Shown here: piece after piece, positions 1 through 13,402 of the stretch
Position numbering within the stretch: the stretch's first letter is position 1
How the letters are laid out: each line of letters starts with the position of its first letter
Assembly (NCBI GenBank): GCA_965178125.1
Contig: OZ237741.1
Location: forward strand, 372,001 to 436,000
Length of the DNA: 64,000 nucleotides
Direction of reading: 5' to 3'
Source: Bilabrum cf. latius
Lineage: Eukaryota
The notes under the pieces: model-generated
Told to the model about the DNA's origin: nothing
The model's input: the letters and a program-made list of their open reading frames with translations, nothing else
Databases searched by the model: none
Translations under genes and position numbers: made by a program

Positions 1-1
1 C

Positions 2-1558
2 GGCGCTGTGCACCGAGCCCTCGTGGTGGGAAGCGGCAAACAAGTGGCAGTGAAGCGCATCATGCTGCCCGAACAGTTCAGGAAGCAGTGGCGGGCGGCT
101 ACGGCAGCAGGCTCGGAAAAGCCTGAACTGGGCGCTGCTGCTGAAGTGAAAGCGGCCGAGTAGCTACGATCTATGCTGGAGTAGCAGATGGACAGTGCGC
201 GTGGTTCGGCAGGAACGGGCTGGAGTCCAACCTCATCTAGGAGCACCCCATCCACAGGGCCGACCGCGAGGCAACCCTCGGCCACTACTTCGGACAGCAA
301 GTCTCTTTGGATTGGTGGCAGGAGTTCAACATATGGAAAGAGCCTGAAAACAAAACATGCTGGCGCTACCGGCGATGACAATGACCACAGAGGCAGGTCT
401 GATTCGCGGGAGACGACCCCGAGCACGCTGCACGCACTCAAGCGCGTGCTGAAGACCAGCGGGTCGGCCGCTGCCACGGAAGTCCGCGAGATTTTGCGAG
501 AGGTTGATATGTTGCGCAGGCTGAGACACCCCCACATCGTGCAGTATCTTGGTGCTCGCGTGTCGAGCGATGGTGGGCACCTGGATTTGGTGATGGAGCT
601 CGTGGACGGTGGGACCGTGTCATCCATGCTCAAGGACTACGGCCCCATGGATGAGCAGCTCGCATCTGCTACCACCAGGCAGCTCTTGCTGGGCCTGCAG
701 TACTTACATGACAGGTGCATCATGCATTCTGACCTTAAGCCAGCCAACGCGCTGCTGACTTCGGGAGCTGTGGTGAAGCTCGCGGACTTTGGCTGTGCCA
801 GGCGGATTGACGGCCTGGTCAACGGCACTCTATCATCCACTTCTTCCAGCGAGTTGTCTGAAAGCAGGGCTGGGACCGGTGCGAAGAGTTCTGGGTCAGA
901 GTCGGGGAAGGCCTAGACGAAGCCAAGCTCGCGGTCTATTCGGGGCACGTTGCCGTACATGGCGCCAGAGGCAATCCGGGGCGAACTCACTGGACTTCCT
1001 TCCGATATCTGGGGCGTGGGTTGCACGGTCCTCGAGATGCTGACCGGCACTATGCCATGGATTGACCAGTTCGACAACCGCATCGCGCTGATGTTCCATG
1101 TCGGGCACACCAGCAACCATCCTCCTATTTCAGACGCGATCTAGGGCCAGGCGCGTGACTTCCTTGAAGTGTGTATGCGCGCCGATTCCAAAGAGCGGCC
1201 GACCGTCAGCACGCTCCTTGAGCACCCTTGGATCCGCAAGTATGCCAGCAGCTCACGGCAGGGGCTGCGCTCGGTCCTGTCCTTCAAATCTACCGGTTCA
1301 TCGGTACATGGCTCGGAGGCCGTCGGGTCGAAGGTTACGCGAGGCTCGCCCGGATCGTCTGGACAAGCGGCAGCGCATCTTGACGAAAGTCACGTTGATG
1401 TCGGGGCGGTGCCAGCCCTCAGCCCGGGAGCTACTTCAACCGAGGCCGGAAGTTGGAGCCCTAGGTCGCTGCTGGCTGTGGCGAGCATGGTCCGGAAGTT
1501 GCGTCGAACAAGACGCCGGAGAGGTGCTTCGCCCGTGTCACAGGAGTCACGTGGATAA
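2..1558 (+). CDS. Ser/Thr protein kinase, STE11/MAP3K-like (5'-partial; TAG=Gln)
   Basis: One frame from nt 2: GAVHRALV..QVAVKRI, REVDMLRRLRHPHIVQYLG, HSDLKPAN, VKLADFG, GTLPYMAPE, SDIWGVGCTVLEMLTG, ERPTVSTLLEHPW. Interrupted only by TAG at 161, 182, 914, 1142; ends TAA 1556-1558. Confidence 0.9.
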
Positions 1559-1706
1559 ATAGTCAGAGCGAAAAGTTGTTTTTAGATCTAACCACAATTA
1601 GGAACAGATCTGATTAGAAAATAACCTCGCAGTGCACTTAGTTTCAGGCCTATGCTAGCTGATCACATATGGTCACTTCCCACGCAAACCCAAACATTTC
1701 CAAAAC

Positions 1707-4700
1707 TTATTGCTAGTCTTGATCCTCCTCCTCGCGCTGCCTTCTATTGAGAACACCAAGCGGCCCTGAGGGCTCGAACTCGTACCTGGACGGGTCCAAG
1801 AGGATGCTTGACTGACGTCTTTGCATCCCGCTCTGCTGTGGGGCCGGCGGGTCCGAGGCGGAGCGCCCTGGCCGCACAGCCGCACTCCCCGCTCCTCCGC
1901 TGTGTCCGCGCTACTCACCCTCTAAATCTCTCACGATAATGATCCCGTTGTTGGCAAGGAAGTGCCTCACGTCGTCCACCTCCCCGTCCCTCTCACCACC
2001 AACGACACCACTGGCATCACTGTCGGAGTATCCAGCTCCAATAGCGCCCGCTGCCCCCGCACCAATCACAGAATGCGCACCTCCTCGATGCATCTCTACC
2101 AGGCGCTGTTGCTCCCTAGCCAGTTGTCTCTGTCGCACCGCTTCGGCCATGCTAGGTGTCTCTCGGATGATCTGCTCGTCCGTCAGCTCCCACGGTGACC
2201 GGATCGCGAGCATGCTTCGAGTGCGCCCGGCACATCTACCCGGAGTAGATGGCGCGGACCGCACGCCTCCTCGCGCGCTGTCCGAAGAATGCTGTCCCAG
2301 GATAGAGCTCGTTTGAGCCTCTGCTCCCGGCTTACTCCCTGCCGTGGGCAGCTCAGACTCAGTAGGTTGAGAGTCTCCGTCGGTCGTGCCGACGTACATG
2401 GCGGCACCGTCTTCTTGCACAGGGGTGAGCGTTCTCCCTCTGTGCGCGAGTCGGCCTGGAAGAGCACTGTGCCTCCTGGATCCCACCATGCCTGGCCTGG
2501 ATGCAGTCCCCGCAAATCCAAGGTACTGCATCGTGTTCTCGTCTAGGTCTCGAGACGACATGACCCTTGGCATTGAACGTCGCTGTCGCTGCCCCACGGG
2601 AGGCTGCATGAGATCGTCTTCCGTAAAAAGAGCCACTTCTGTGCCGGCTGCAGAGGCATCGCTGGATGCGGACTGGCGCCGGGATCTGTCTCCCTAGTCG
2701 GGCGCCGCGCCTGTGTCCGTGCGCCCTAATGCGGCACCGACCGGCGCTGTCCCCTTGCGCAAGTGATGGAGGTCTGCGCCGCCTGCAACGGCAACACCAG
2801 CAGCATTGGCACTTCTCGCGGACAGCATCTTTCCAATGGAATCGTCCGGCATGTCCGCTGTGTGCCCGTGTTGGTGCCGCCGAAGCACAGCCGTCGAGAA
2901 CCCACCGAATCTCCTGCTCTGCAGTGGCGCGATTGCAGCAGAGTCCTCTGGAGATTCAGACCTAGGTTCTGCTCCATCGGAAAGTGGCAGCGACTGGGAG
3001 TCAGCGCGAGCTGTTGCGGGTGGAGGAGGGGTCATGGACGAAGGGCCACCTTGGACCGATGCCACCACGCCCGCCTCGTCGTGGACTGAAGAGGGACCGT
3101 CAGACGCAGACGTACCCAGCGCTAGCGGGGGCACTCTTGGAGTGCCATCCGAACTGCCTGCTCGGCTGTGGCTATCGGCGTCTTTGCCGAACTGTGGCAG
3201 GAGCTGGGGTGACAGCCCAAAGTCGTTCACCTCTAACGTCGACGGCGGTCGCTGCGCCTCCGATGCTAGCTTGCTGTCTCCGGAAGACGGCGAAGCGTCA
3301 GCAGTGAGATCGGGGCGGATGCCAAGCCTCGTGCGGTCTCTGTCCCCCGCAGGGGCCGTGTCCAGCCTGCCTACCTTCGGCGGTAGCTTGCCACCGGTAG
3401 CAGCATTCTTTCCGGTTGGTCGCTGCTGGGAGTCTGAACGGGACCGACCCAGCTCAGTCAGCTGCACTGGCCCCTTGTCTTCCTTCGCACTCGGGTCGCC
3501 TTCTGCAATTGGCTTCTCTCCAATGATGGGCTCGGTAGCTTGAGTGTCTCTTGCACTCACACCAGCACCAGACACAAGCGCGGATCCCTCCGCACCACCA
3601 GCGGCAGATCCAGCTGGTGGTGGCACGGCTCGGGGTGGAGGTCTCGGGGGATTGATTGGACGTGTTGATCTGTGCGAGTCCCAATGCCCGATCGCCCCTC
3701 CGATATCTTCATCTCTAGAGGACTCATCCTCGTGGTGCCACAGCTGCACGACGCTCTCGTCGTCCTTGGTGTTGATCGTGCTGTGGCCGTCGCTGTTGGT
3801 ACGTCGCGCCCGACCTGGGAATTCGCCAGGCGCGCTGCTTGCAGCAGCTGCTGCAATGCCGCCAACGCTGCTCTTCGCTCCCATCTGTTCGTCTCTCCGA
3901 ATGAACTTGCCGAGCCCAACCAGTCCCGTGGGCAGCTCAGAGGCAGGCACGCCGCCCATCTCGTCGTCTCGAGCATGGTCCACAAACGAGTCCCCTGCTC
4001 CACCCCTGCGCAGCCGACTGCCCATGGCAGAGCCACGATGCCTGCCAATGCTTTGCCGAACAACTGCACCATCCCTCGGCCGCTTGCCAGGATATTCTGC
4101 CGCGTCGCTGCTGACCCGGGCCCTGGCTTCAATGTCAGCCGCGGGCTTGCGGTCGCTCCGCCAGCCAGGCTTTTCGTCCCCATAAAACCGCATGCTCTGG
4201 TTGCGCCAGAGCTGCCGACCTGGACCACCACCCGGCACTGCGCTCTGCATGCGCCGCATGCGGCCAGCAGCACCGCCACCCTCCATGCTAGAACCCCCTG
4301 CTGGTCGCATTGACAACATGGTGGCCCTTCGGGCGAGATCGCTCGGGGACTTCCTGTCGCCATGGCCCAGGAGACGCTCGTTCTGGCGGTTTCTGTCCAC
4401 CCACGGCTGGCTCACCATGAGATCCGACGCCAGGGCACTGGCAGCAGCGCCACCTAGGGTGTGTCGCCTTGCCTTGCCGCTACCTTCGTTGCTGTTGCCT
4501 CCCCAATCGAGAAGTTGGCGAATTCCACTCGCAGTACGGGTCAACAGCAGCCTACCATGGGCAGCGATGGATCCTTTGCTTGCCGCAGCCTCGTCCATTC
4601 TCCTCTACAGCCTGTGCTCTGCCTCCTCTTCCTCTTTGGTTGGTAGCAAGCCCCTCCTCTGCTGGTGTTCAATCCACTGCGCCATTCCCAGAATGTACCG

Positions 4701-6119
4701 CTCCACTACTTCCGTCTCCCACTCAGACTCGTCCAAATCGATGAAACTCTGAGCCAGCTTCTGCCGCAAGCTGGCCAGGATGCGGGTGATACGCATCAGC
4801 GGCTTCACGACGAAATAGCGAGTCTCTCTGTCAGACAAGACTATCGATAGCACCAACACCACCAACACCACGGATACATACACCAGGTTGAAGACCGACC
4901 TGGCGTCAGACTCCGACTTGATGTCGAACGTTATCTCGTCGCGCATGCCCAGCTGCTCGATATCCACTCGGAACAGGTCGGAGCATCGCACATTCTCGAG
5001 GTTCGCGTCTCGGTACTAGGTGCCGTTCAGTCTCACTCGCATAAAATCGATGCCAGTTATTGAGTCAACCGTACTGATAGCGTTGTCGATCGACCCCAAG
5101 TCGATCGCAGGCTTTCCAGCCATGAAAGCAAGGAGGCTGGCGATGGATTCCTTCCCCCGAATGCTCTGCGTCTCGTTGACAGCAAACGGTAGCGTAATTG
5201 ACAGCAGTAGAATGATGTAGACCACACGAACACTCGATAAGAAAGCCAGATGCCTTCCAATCCGCGTGGCCTGCGTGCTCTTGTCGGCAGACAGCTCGTC
5301 CCCCATGGCCTCGTCCAGCCTCTGCTCCTTCTCCTCCTCTGCATTCGGTCTGCACCACTGTGTGACCACTCCGAAGGCTTTAACGAGAGCGACGAGGCGG
5401 AGGGCGCGCACCACCCGGAGTGCTCTCCCGCCTTGGCGGACGAGCCGAAGCGTGCGGCCCGCTTGCGTCACAAAATCGTTCGATTCCACCACGCTCTCCG
5501 CACCGCAATCGCCACCCCCGCCGCCCTCAAACAGGTCACCGTATGGGATAGCAATGGCGATGGAGACGGTAGCAACAAGGTCAAGGACCCAGAAGAAGGA
5601 CAAGAAGTACCCACGGCGAGCGAGCGATGCCAGTACGATCTCGACAGCGAACACGCAGACGCAGATGAGCAGCAGGGAGTTCACAATATCGTCAGACCGC
5701 CGATCTGAGGCCAGTTGCGCGATGTCTGGAGCAAGCAGGGACACAAGGGTTGCGCATGAAGTACCAATGACTACCCATTGCTGATCAAGTACGTCCTACA
5801 GGCAGTTTCGGGACTCGGCAGACAGCCAACTGGTGCTGCAGATTGCCTCGGATACACCAGCAGCGCCGCAATCACAACAATCATCATCCCCTGACGAACT
5901 CCGAGCTCCAGTCATATGTTTAGTAGTCTTCGTATTCAAAGCCTGGCTTGCAACCCACCTGGCACTGTCCTACCTGTTTAATAAGACGTCAATGTCAGGG
6001 CTCTGTGCAGGCCGGTTTGCCAATGGCATCTTAGCTGGCTATGATGGTTGCTGCTCGCGAGTGGCAGCCGTACCATCCTTCTATTCACTGGACTGGCTGC
6101 TCGTTGTAGCCTGTTTCAT
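1707..6119 (-). CDS. Membrane protein with voltage-sensor-like ion-transport domain resembling the N-terminal half of protist ion-channel/adenylyl cyclase fusions; long low-complexity C-terminus (~1470 aa; TAG=Gln)
   Basis: ORFs 5016-5744, 4605-4991, 2694-4598, 1911-2636 are in one frame joined by TAGs; ATG 6119, TAA 1707-1709. Motifs VFAVEIVLASLARRGYFLSFFWVLDLVATVS, Arg-rich S4-like RTLRLVRQGGRALRVVRALRLV, VVKPLMRI, WETEVVE. Start codon uncertain. Confidence 0.7.
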
Positions 6120-6415
6120 GTCATAAAGACGCACAAGTCGCGGGGAGTTTTTGGTGCCCACCGGTCGATTCGTAGCTAGTAGTTACAAAATGGGCCTCGG
6201 AAAGCGACGCACCTGAACGAAACCACCACTGCTTCGGAGATCGATTATTCCAAACCTTTCAAACAACGGATTGGTGTTATCAAACAACCTATTGCTCTCA
6301 ACTACAGCGACAATTCTGATGCGTAGATTTAACCGGATTTCGATGGTTCACGTAGTAACGAGTAGTTAGAAGCGAAGAATGGAACTTCGCCCGCACAAAC
6401 ACTTTAATAGCATTT

Positions 6416-9400
6416 ATGACAGATGCGGTCGACATATCGTTATCAAGTATGTCTCAATAGCTCTCGGTTGGCAAAGATCCGTGTATCTCGACTCGATTCA
6501 ATCGGTACGTAGTTTCAACGTCCGGCAGCACACCACTCTTGACTGCGCTTAGCGCTGGCAACAAAGCGGCAGCCTCGGCCCTATTAAAGCATGGCGCAGA
6601 CCCATATATTCTTGGGTCTGACCGGCTGTCTGTAGTTCACGCGGCTGGAACTGGTGGTCTGCTGGAACTGCTCGAGCAGTTGCAGTTGCCGGCAACTTTT
6701 ATTCAGCTGCAAACTGTCGCCGGGAACACGCCACTTCATGCAGCGTGTTCTTCGAATCAGCTTCACTCTATCGACTGGCTGCTACGGAAAGGCGCAAATC
6801 CCAACCGAGTAAACAGAAAGTATAATACTCCACTGCACATTGCTGCGGCAAGCGGACACTCGTCCGCAGTTGCGATGCTTGTGCAAGCTGGGGCGAACCC
6901 TCGGGCCATTGGAGAGCATGGGCAAACTGCAATGCATATGGTTTCGAAGAAGGGTTCGGCAGGTGATGTCATCGGTGTTCTGAAAGGTTTGCAACAGAAA
7001 CAGCAGATTGAGGAGGCTGCCAGCGGTGCTTCTCAACAGGCTGTTGCCCAGAAGGGCCTGGCACTGGCAGTGGCCAGGGCAACCAATGCTGATACAGCAT
7101 GTGCGTTGCATCTTCTGAGTGTCCGAGACGACTATGGATGCACGCCGCTGCAGGTTGCTGTGGAGGCTCACAACATAGCTGCGGCAGGCGCCATCATCGA
7201 CGCAGCTTTAAGCTGCCGCCCCGTGGTATCTCAATCGGGCGGACGAGCCCCCGACCCCCGACCCACCGATGCATGGACAACTGCTACCGACACGAATGGT
7301 GGATCAGATGGTGGGGACCCGCTTACGGTCCTTGGCATGATTGGAGCAGCACCCACGGGTCCCGCTGCCATCATCTCAGCCGCGGCCCAGCAGAGCACCG
7401 CCAAGCTCACATCGACGGACTTTCCGCTCGTGCGCCCTGGACTAGACCGACTGCTACACACGCTGTGTCAGTCGTCTGCAGCCAGTGCGGTGCGAGACAT
7501 GCTAAGGCAAGGAGCCGACCCCTTCACCGTGTGCGAGCAAGGCACCTCGCCGCTGCAGAAAGCGCTGAGCCTAGGGCACGGGAGTGTGGCTGATGCCGTG
7601 GTCGACTGCATGGTAGCGGGAGCCAAGACCGACGCAGACAAAAGAGACCGCTTGAAGCAGCACATTGAATCCTCGATTGAGTCTGAGGGGGGCGGCAGAG
7701 AGCTGCTGGCTGTTGCGATTGCGCACATGTCGACCAGCCTGGTGAGGTATCTTCGTCAGCTAGGCGTGGGCCTGGAGCCGCCCGACTGCAAGGTGGTCCT
7801 TCCAGCCAGTAAAATGAGGTCCAAGAAAATCCTGCGGAAGTCACGCAAAGGCGTTGTTCCAGCCAGTGCTGGTGAAACCAGGAAAAAGAGACCGTTAGCT
7901 GCCTAGGATGGTTCTCTGGCTGCAGGTCTGGGCGAGCGCACGCACTTTTGCACTGTGTGCAGCAAGCGGTTTAGGGACGCAGCTCGTCTCAATAAGCACA
8001 TGGCTTTGGTGCACAAAGGCGCACCTCAGTAGGGTGGTGGAAAGTTACCATCCACATCGAAACCTGGACCAGCGATCGTGCGCCCTTTACGCAAAGGAAT
8101 GGGTATACAATCGAGGGTATTGGGTGGGCCTGAATCTGTGCACAGATCCCAGAGAGCCGCAAAGCCACTGCGAATTGACCGATCGGGATGTGGTACGGAA
8201 GCACCGGAAACGGTAGTTGGCCGCAAACTTGACGCTAGCCCCATCTCTAGCGACGAATCAGCAGACCCGAATCCATTCTCGCAGAAATCTGCCGATACCC
8301 AGCCTTCGCATGGCCCGCATGAGTCACCGTCATAGAAGGAGCCAGTTCCTGCCACGTGTGAGCTCGACATGAAGGTGCTAGCGCCAGCACCTTCGCATGA
8401 TCACGAGGCTTGGAATAACTTACTACCTGCACTATCTGTCGTACAGAATAGATCAGTTCGGACCAAAGGGCCCCTTCAGACTGCTTCAGACTTGGATCGG
8501 CTGTCCTCGTGGGAGGCCCAGCCTCCCACTGACGCCAATGGCTCATCGAACACGGTACGCGTCGAGGACGGGTGGGTAGACAAGCAACTCGCTGGCATGC
8601 TTGGGACTGGCATTAGGCAATCGGCATTCATTCATGCTATTGGAGGCAGCTCCCTTGCTGTTCTCAAAGCGTTGCTCGAGTCAACGTGCGCGAGCGCTTC
8701 CGTCGATTGGGTGCAGGTCCTCCTGGCGCGACCTGGAAAAGAAATTGGAAGGGGCTGTTGCCACTCGATTGCGCGAACCACTCCACTCGATTTTGCGGTG
8801 CAGATAGGCCGCGCCGAGGCCGTCAGAGTTTTGCTCGACTCGATAGTAGGCAACGGCGCAGGATCACAAGCTGCCAAACCGCAAGGTGGATCGCAGATCA
8901 GCATAGTTACTGGGATCGACAACTCCGACAAAGTAGGCCCAAGCAGCGGTGCAGGTACAGGTGGTGGGCAATCATCGTGTGGATCCGCAGTAGCCGGGCT
9001 GGATGCATTGGAATCAGAGCGTCGTGATAGGCTTCGCTGGTCAGCTTGGAAGTGCCTCGCACAGCAGAACAGAAGCGAGTGCTCACTTGTGTTCCTTCAA
9101 TTTCTAGGCGACGAAATTAAGGAATTAAAGGGGGGAAGTGACGGTGGTGTCCCTGCACTCGCAGCTGCGGTTTGCGGGGGACAAAATGCCACTGTGCGGG
9201 CACTGCTGGATGCAGGCGGTGTATCGGCCATTCGTGCTGCGCGGGAGGGCTTGTACGGAGGGTTCAACTTGCTGCAGCTCGCTGCTCGGTGCAAGCAGTG
9301 GGAGACATTGGTCTACCTCGTGGAAAAGCTGGAAGCTGTCGACATGCTCTCCGTGCCCATGACTGGACTTGGCCCGTACGACCGTGCTCCGCCCACGCAA

Positions 9401-10348
9401 TTCGTCACTGAGTTCGATTCGGTCCCAATCGATGCCAAGGCTCCGAGGCCGACGCCCGGCAAAACAAAGAGGAAGGCAAGGTCGAAGAGAGCCGCGGCGT
9501 CGAAGAGCAAGCTTGCTCCTGTGGAGCATCTGTCGCATCAGGAGCGGGAGATGGTCGCAATGAAGACGACCCCCCTAGGCATCGCTCTCATCACCTTGGA
9601 ATCCAGGGCAAAACAAGTGCCATCGGAGCTGATCTGGCTCGCAAAGAAAATGCCTGTAGTAGGTCCGCAGCTTGTCCACTTCACCATCGAAGGGCTGTAC
9701 AGGTCACTGAAGTCGTTATAGACAAGACACACTAGAAGCAAGGTGCGTGGGTTGGCCAGCTGGGCCAATTTGCTGGCTGTTCTTCTTGGCAAGGGCACGG
9801 GGCTGCATCCTTTTTACGACGATGGAGTGGACTAGTACTAGCCTGCCCATCTTGCTGAGGTGCTGTGGAGGATTAATGGTCGGGGTGTGGGGTCAGCTCT
9901 ATATCCTGTCTTGGACTCGTATGGGGAAGTTGCCTTTGTACCCGAGGCGTTTATGGGCACGTCAGTAAGTGCATTAAGAGCTGCAGGCGCGAGTGTCGAT
10001 GAAGTGCTAGATGAGACCAATAAGCTGAAGAATGTGAAGGTGAAGGAGGAGGAGGAGGTGAAGGAGGAGAAGGAGGAGGAGAGGGAGAGCGAGAGGGAGA
10101 GGGAGAGGGACGGCAAACTGGACGAGGCCAAGGGCAGTGCATCTGCCAGGGACCGCGGAACTGGACCGCCGGCCACCGTAGTAGCTCGCTTGCAAGATCC
10201 GCTTCCTGCTCTGTACGCCATGTGCGGCCCGTCAAAGTCCGGCAAGCTTCGGTTTGGGTAGAGGGTGGCTGCTTTTGCCGAGAGGGAGCTGGTGCGATTG
10301 CGCGTGCGTGCGATGGTGCGCTTTGCTGCTGCAGCAAGATCAGTATGA
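6416..10348 (+). CDS. Ankyrin-repeat protein with internal C2H2 zinc finger (~1310 aa; TAG=Gln)
   Basis: ORFs 6539-7906, 8078-8335, 8369-9721, 9860-10261 share a frame, joined by TAG; ankyrin motifs GNTPLHAAC, NTPLHIAAASGH, GCTPLQVAV; FCTVCSKRFRDAARLNKHMALVH at 7946-8014; first ATG after upstream TAA is 6416; TGA 10346-10348. Confidence 0.8.
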
Positions 10349-10430
10349 TGGATGCTGCCACGGATCTATCAACATTGCATATTAAAGAGTTTACAATTAT
10401 CTGTGCACGGAACATCCCAACGTGTCGCAG

Positions 10431-11031
10431 TCACTCTGCGTCGTCGCTGCCTGAAGCAGACTTTGCTGCCGTTTTTCTGTCATTTGCAGTGCCGAACCCC
10501 AACCAAGACCATCGTTTCTTCATCGCTCCTAGATGTGACATGCCTGCTATTCTCTTCTTGACCCTCGGTGCATCCTATTCGACTACTGAGCTGGGGTCCC
10601 GCATTGGAACCACTTTTGAATCCTTACCGAAGCCCAACGTGGATAGATCCTCGGGAGCCATAAGATTTCTTTCCATTCTACATTTCAAGTAAATCTTGCT
10701 TTGCTCCTTACATCGGTGATAAATGTTATCATTCTCCGCCATGCATACCATGAAGTCCTGTGCGGTATGGCATCAACACGTACGAGTGCGAGAGATGCAC
10801 AGGGTTTAATTTCCAAATAAAACTGAGTATACGAAGCGCTTACATGTTTGAACTACGTGCACTGCCCATGGTGATCGAGGGGAAATGCACCCCTTGCTAC
10901 GATTTGGTTATGATGGCAAGGTGACGGACACAGTGGGGTAAAATAGGAAAATACATTAGAATCAGGGAAAAACAATAATAATAAAAAATCGTACCTGGTG
11001 CAGTTGCGGGTAAAGCTCTTTGAGATGGCAT
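10431..11031 (-). CDS. COX19: Cytochrome c oxidase assembly factor COX19 (138 aa; exons 11031-10995, 10896-10844, 10757-10431; TAG=Gln)
   Basis: Spliced product MPSQRALPATAPARGAFPLDHHGQCT[TAG]FKHDFMVCMAENDNIYHRCKEQSKIYLKCRMERNLMAPEDLSTLGF...: FPLDH signature, twin CX9C, YLxCRMExxLM and LGF motifs. GT-AG introns 10897-10994 and 10758-10843 keep frame; TGA 10431-10433. Confidence 0.92.
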
Positions 11032-11146
11032 GTTTTGGAGTACTTCCAGTTGACGTGTTTTCGACTATCACTACAGTGCAATGCAACTTGGATGCACTGC
11101 ATGCATGCGTACGCATCAATTCCCATTTGCAGTGCAAGGGAAGAAA

Positions 11147-13402
11147 ATGGCAAGGCACGTTCGTCTTGGAGCGAAAACGAGTTGTTCGAGGGTGTGCCTC
11201 ACGGCAATGAACCTCTGCTTTGCGCTGGCCTTTGCTATGGTGCTCGTCCTAGCTGCCATGGACTGGGCACACACCTACTACCAAATGGATGCACACACTG
11301 GCTGGAAGGTGTCGCAACTGCTGTCAGAACCAACAGACAGTACTGATGAAACGGTGGTTTCTGTGAGCGTGGACCAGTTTCGCGCATCAGGTGTAGGTCG
11401 GTGCCAAGGGAACGGTGCGGCTCGGCCCCTGCCGAACGCCGCAGGGTCCAACAATTGGCACAGGGGGATGCTTGAAGCTGATTTTGCCTTCATGGAAAGT
11501 GTAGGATGCTCACTAGATAACGGGACTAGCTCTCAGCGGCACTGGTCGGATGCAATGGCAGGCATGCCGCAATACCAAGCCAAGATTGATGGCGAGCTAG
11601 TTCACTTCGCGTGGATCCGCGGATTGCAAGTAAGCCGCGAGCAAGTGGCTCAGGCAGGGTCTTCCCTATAGGATCACGCACAAGACCACTGGCCGGGCAA
11701 GATTCACGACGCTGACAGCCCAATTCTCAACGAAGGGCAGGCGGACAGCACAACCGGAACTGCACTGATGCTCGTGCACGGGTGGCCCGGTTCGGTCCTC
11801 GAGTACGTCCCCATGGCGCGACTGCTCATGAAGTACAGCGCACAGAACGAAAAGACGGGCGCGACCCCCGCCCTGGTGGTTGACCTGGTCATCCCGAGCC
11901 TACCCAGGTTCGGCCTCGGAGGCAGCTCCAGCGAGGCCTCCGACCGCGGCGCCGCAGAGGCTCCGGATGGTTCCGCAGGCAAGGCTGGGGAGGCTGCTGG
12001 CGTGCCAACGAATCGTGACAGGCTGGGAACGGGCGCTCACAGGCTGGCAGCTGTCCTTGCTAGGCTGATGTGCCGGCTGGGGTACTGCATGGGAGGCGGC
12101 TCCGACATTGCGCCGGTTCAGGACGGTACGGTGCCCACAGAGGAGACCGCGGGCAGGGGCTATGCAGTGGCCGGAGGCGACTGGGGTGGGATCATCACTC
12201 CGATAATGGCCCAGATTGACCCCTGCTCCGTCAGGATGGTGCACACTGCCCTGCCTGTCTTGATTCCCCGCCCCACCCAGCTTCTTCGCTTCATGGGCGG
12301 CGCATTCATCGACACCCTTCACGGGCTGCACATTGAACCGAGTGAGCGGCCATCCATTGGCAAGTTCATGGCCAGCCTGATCGATCGATCCGGTCTGTCC
12401 AAGCTCCTCTTCATGACTCCCGAGGAGCGTCGTGCCATGCGACTGCCAATGGCGCAGGCAGGGCGCCACATCTTTGACCAGTCCGCCTACATGCACGAGC
12501 AGATCACTCGGCCTTACACCCTGGGCAGGGTCCTGCAGTCTAGCCCAGGAGCCATGCACGCGTGGACAGACGAGAAGGTGCTGTCGTGGACAGGCTGCGG
12601 TGCCGCGCTGCAGTCGAGGTGGGCAGCTTGGGTGAACTCGACGGGGGGTCCGGTAAATCAGGACGAGAGTATACCCGAGAGCATGGTGGAACAGTTTCTA
12701 GCCGGGAAAGAAGGCGAGCGGGGTCCGGACGGTGCTCCCAGCCGCGCACTGCAGCAGGCACTGTCTTGCTACGCCGATGCGGCCAGAATCGTGTTTGGCA
12801 ACGAATAGGATATGCACGCAGACGGGGGCAAGGGCGTGCCTGGCTTGCAGGACAGTAGCAGAAGCATCCTCTTGGACAAGGAGCAGTCTGAGCTGGCCGC
12901 TGCCTTCGTGCACGCCATGTCCCGGATCCACATCGACGGCGGTACGGAGGGCTCCTGGCTGGAGATCTACGCCGACTCATTCCTTAGCAGCATGTTCTGG
13001 GGCCTGCATATGGCCCACGTGGACGTGCCTGCCATCATCTTGGACAACCCTGGCGAGGTAGTGGCCAGGGTGCCTCGCCGCTGGCAGAGAACGAGGTTCC
13101 GCTCGCTGGTGCGGACAACCACGCCTGCGCACGATGGGATGGGGAATCCTGCGGGCCATTTCTTTGCCATGGAACGGCCCAGGCTGTTCATGGAAGAAAT
13201 GATCCGGACACTCGCGCTCGATGCCTCTATCGATACCGCCCGCAGCTCGCTCTTCAAGGATGCGGTCGCGCGCCGGACCAAGGCGTGTACCGTGGCGCTA
13301 CCATACTTGGAGCGCGTCCATGGGGTCATTGCGGAGGATGTCGGGAGCGAAGGGGAGGGTAGGACTGGCACCGAGGCAACGCGCGCCTCGGAAGAGCTGT
13401 GA
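11147..13402 (+). CDS. Microsomal-type epoxide hydrolase (EPHX1/JHEH-like alpha/beta hydrolase), 751 aa (TAG=Gln)
   Basis: N-terminal hydrophobic anchor; PQYQAKIDGELVHF, LMLVHGWPGSVLEY (oxyanion HGWP), GGDWGG (nucleophile Asp), GHFFAMERP (catalytic His). TAGs at 11669 and 12806; TGA 13400-13402. Confidence 0.88.

Noticed and set aside
10037-10110. Purine-rich GAG/GA tract
   Set aside because: In-frame Glu/Lys/Arg-rich coding low complexity of the ankyrin gene.
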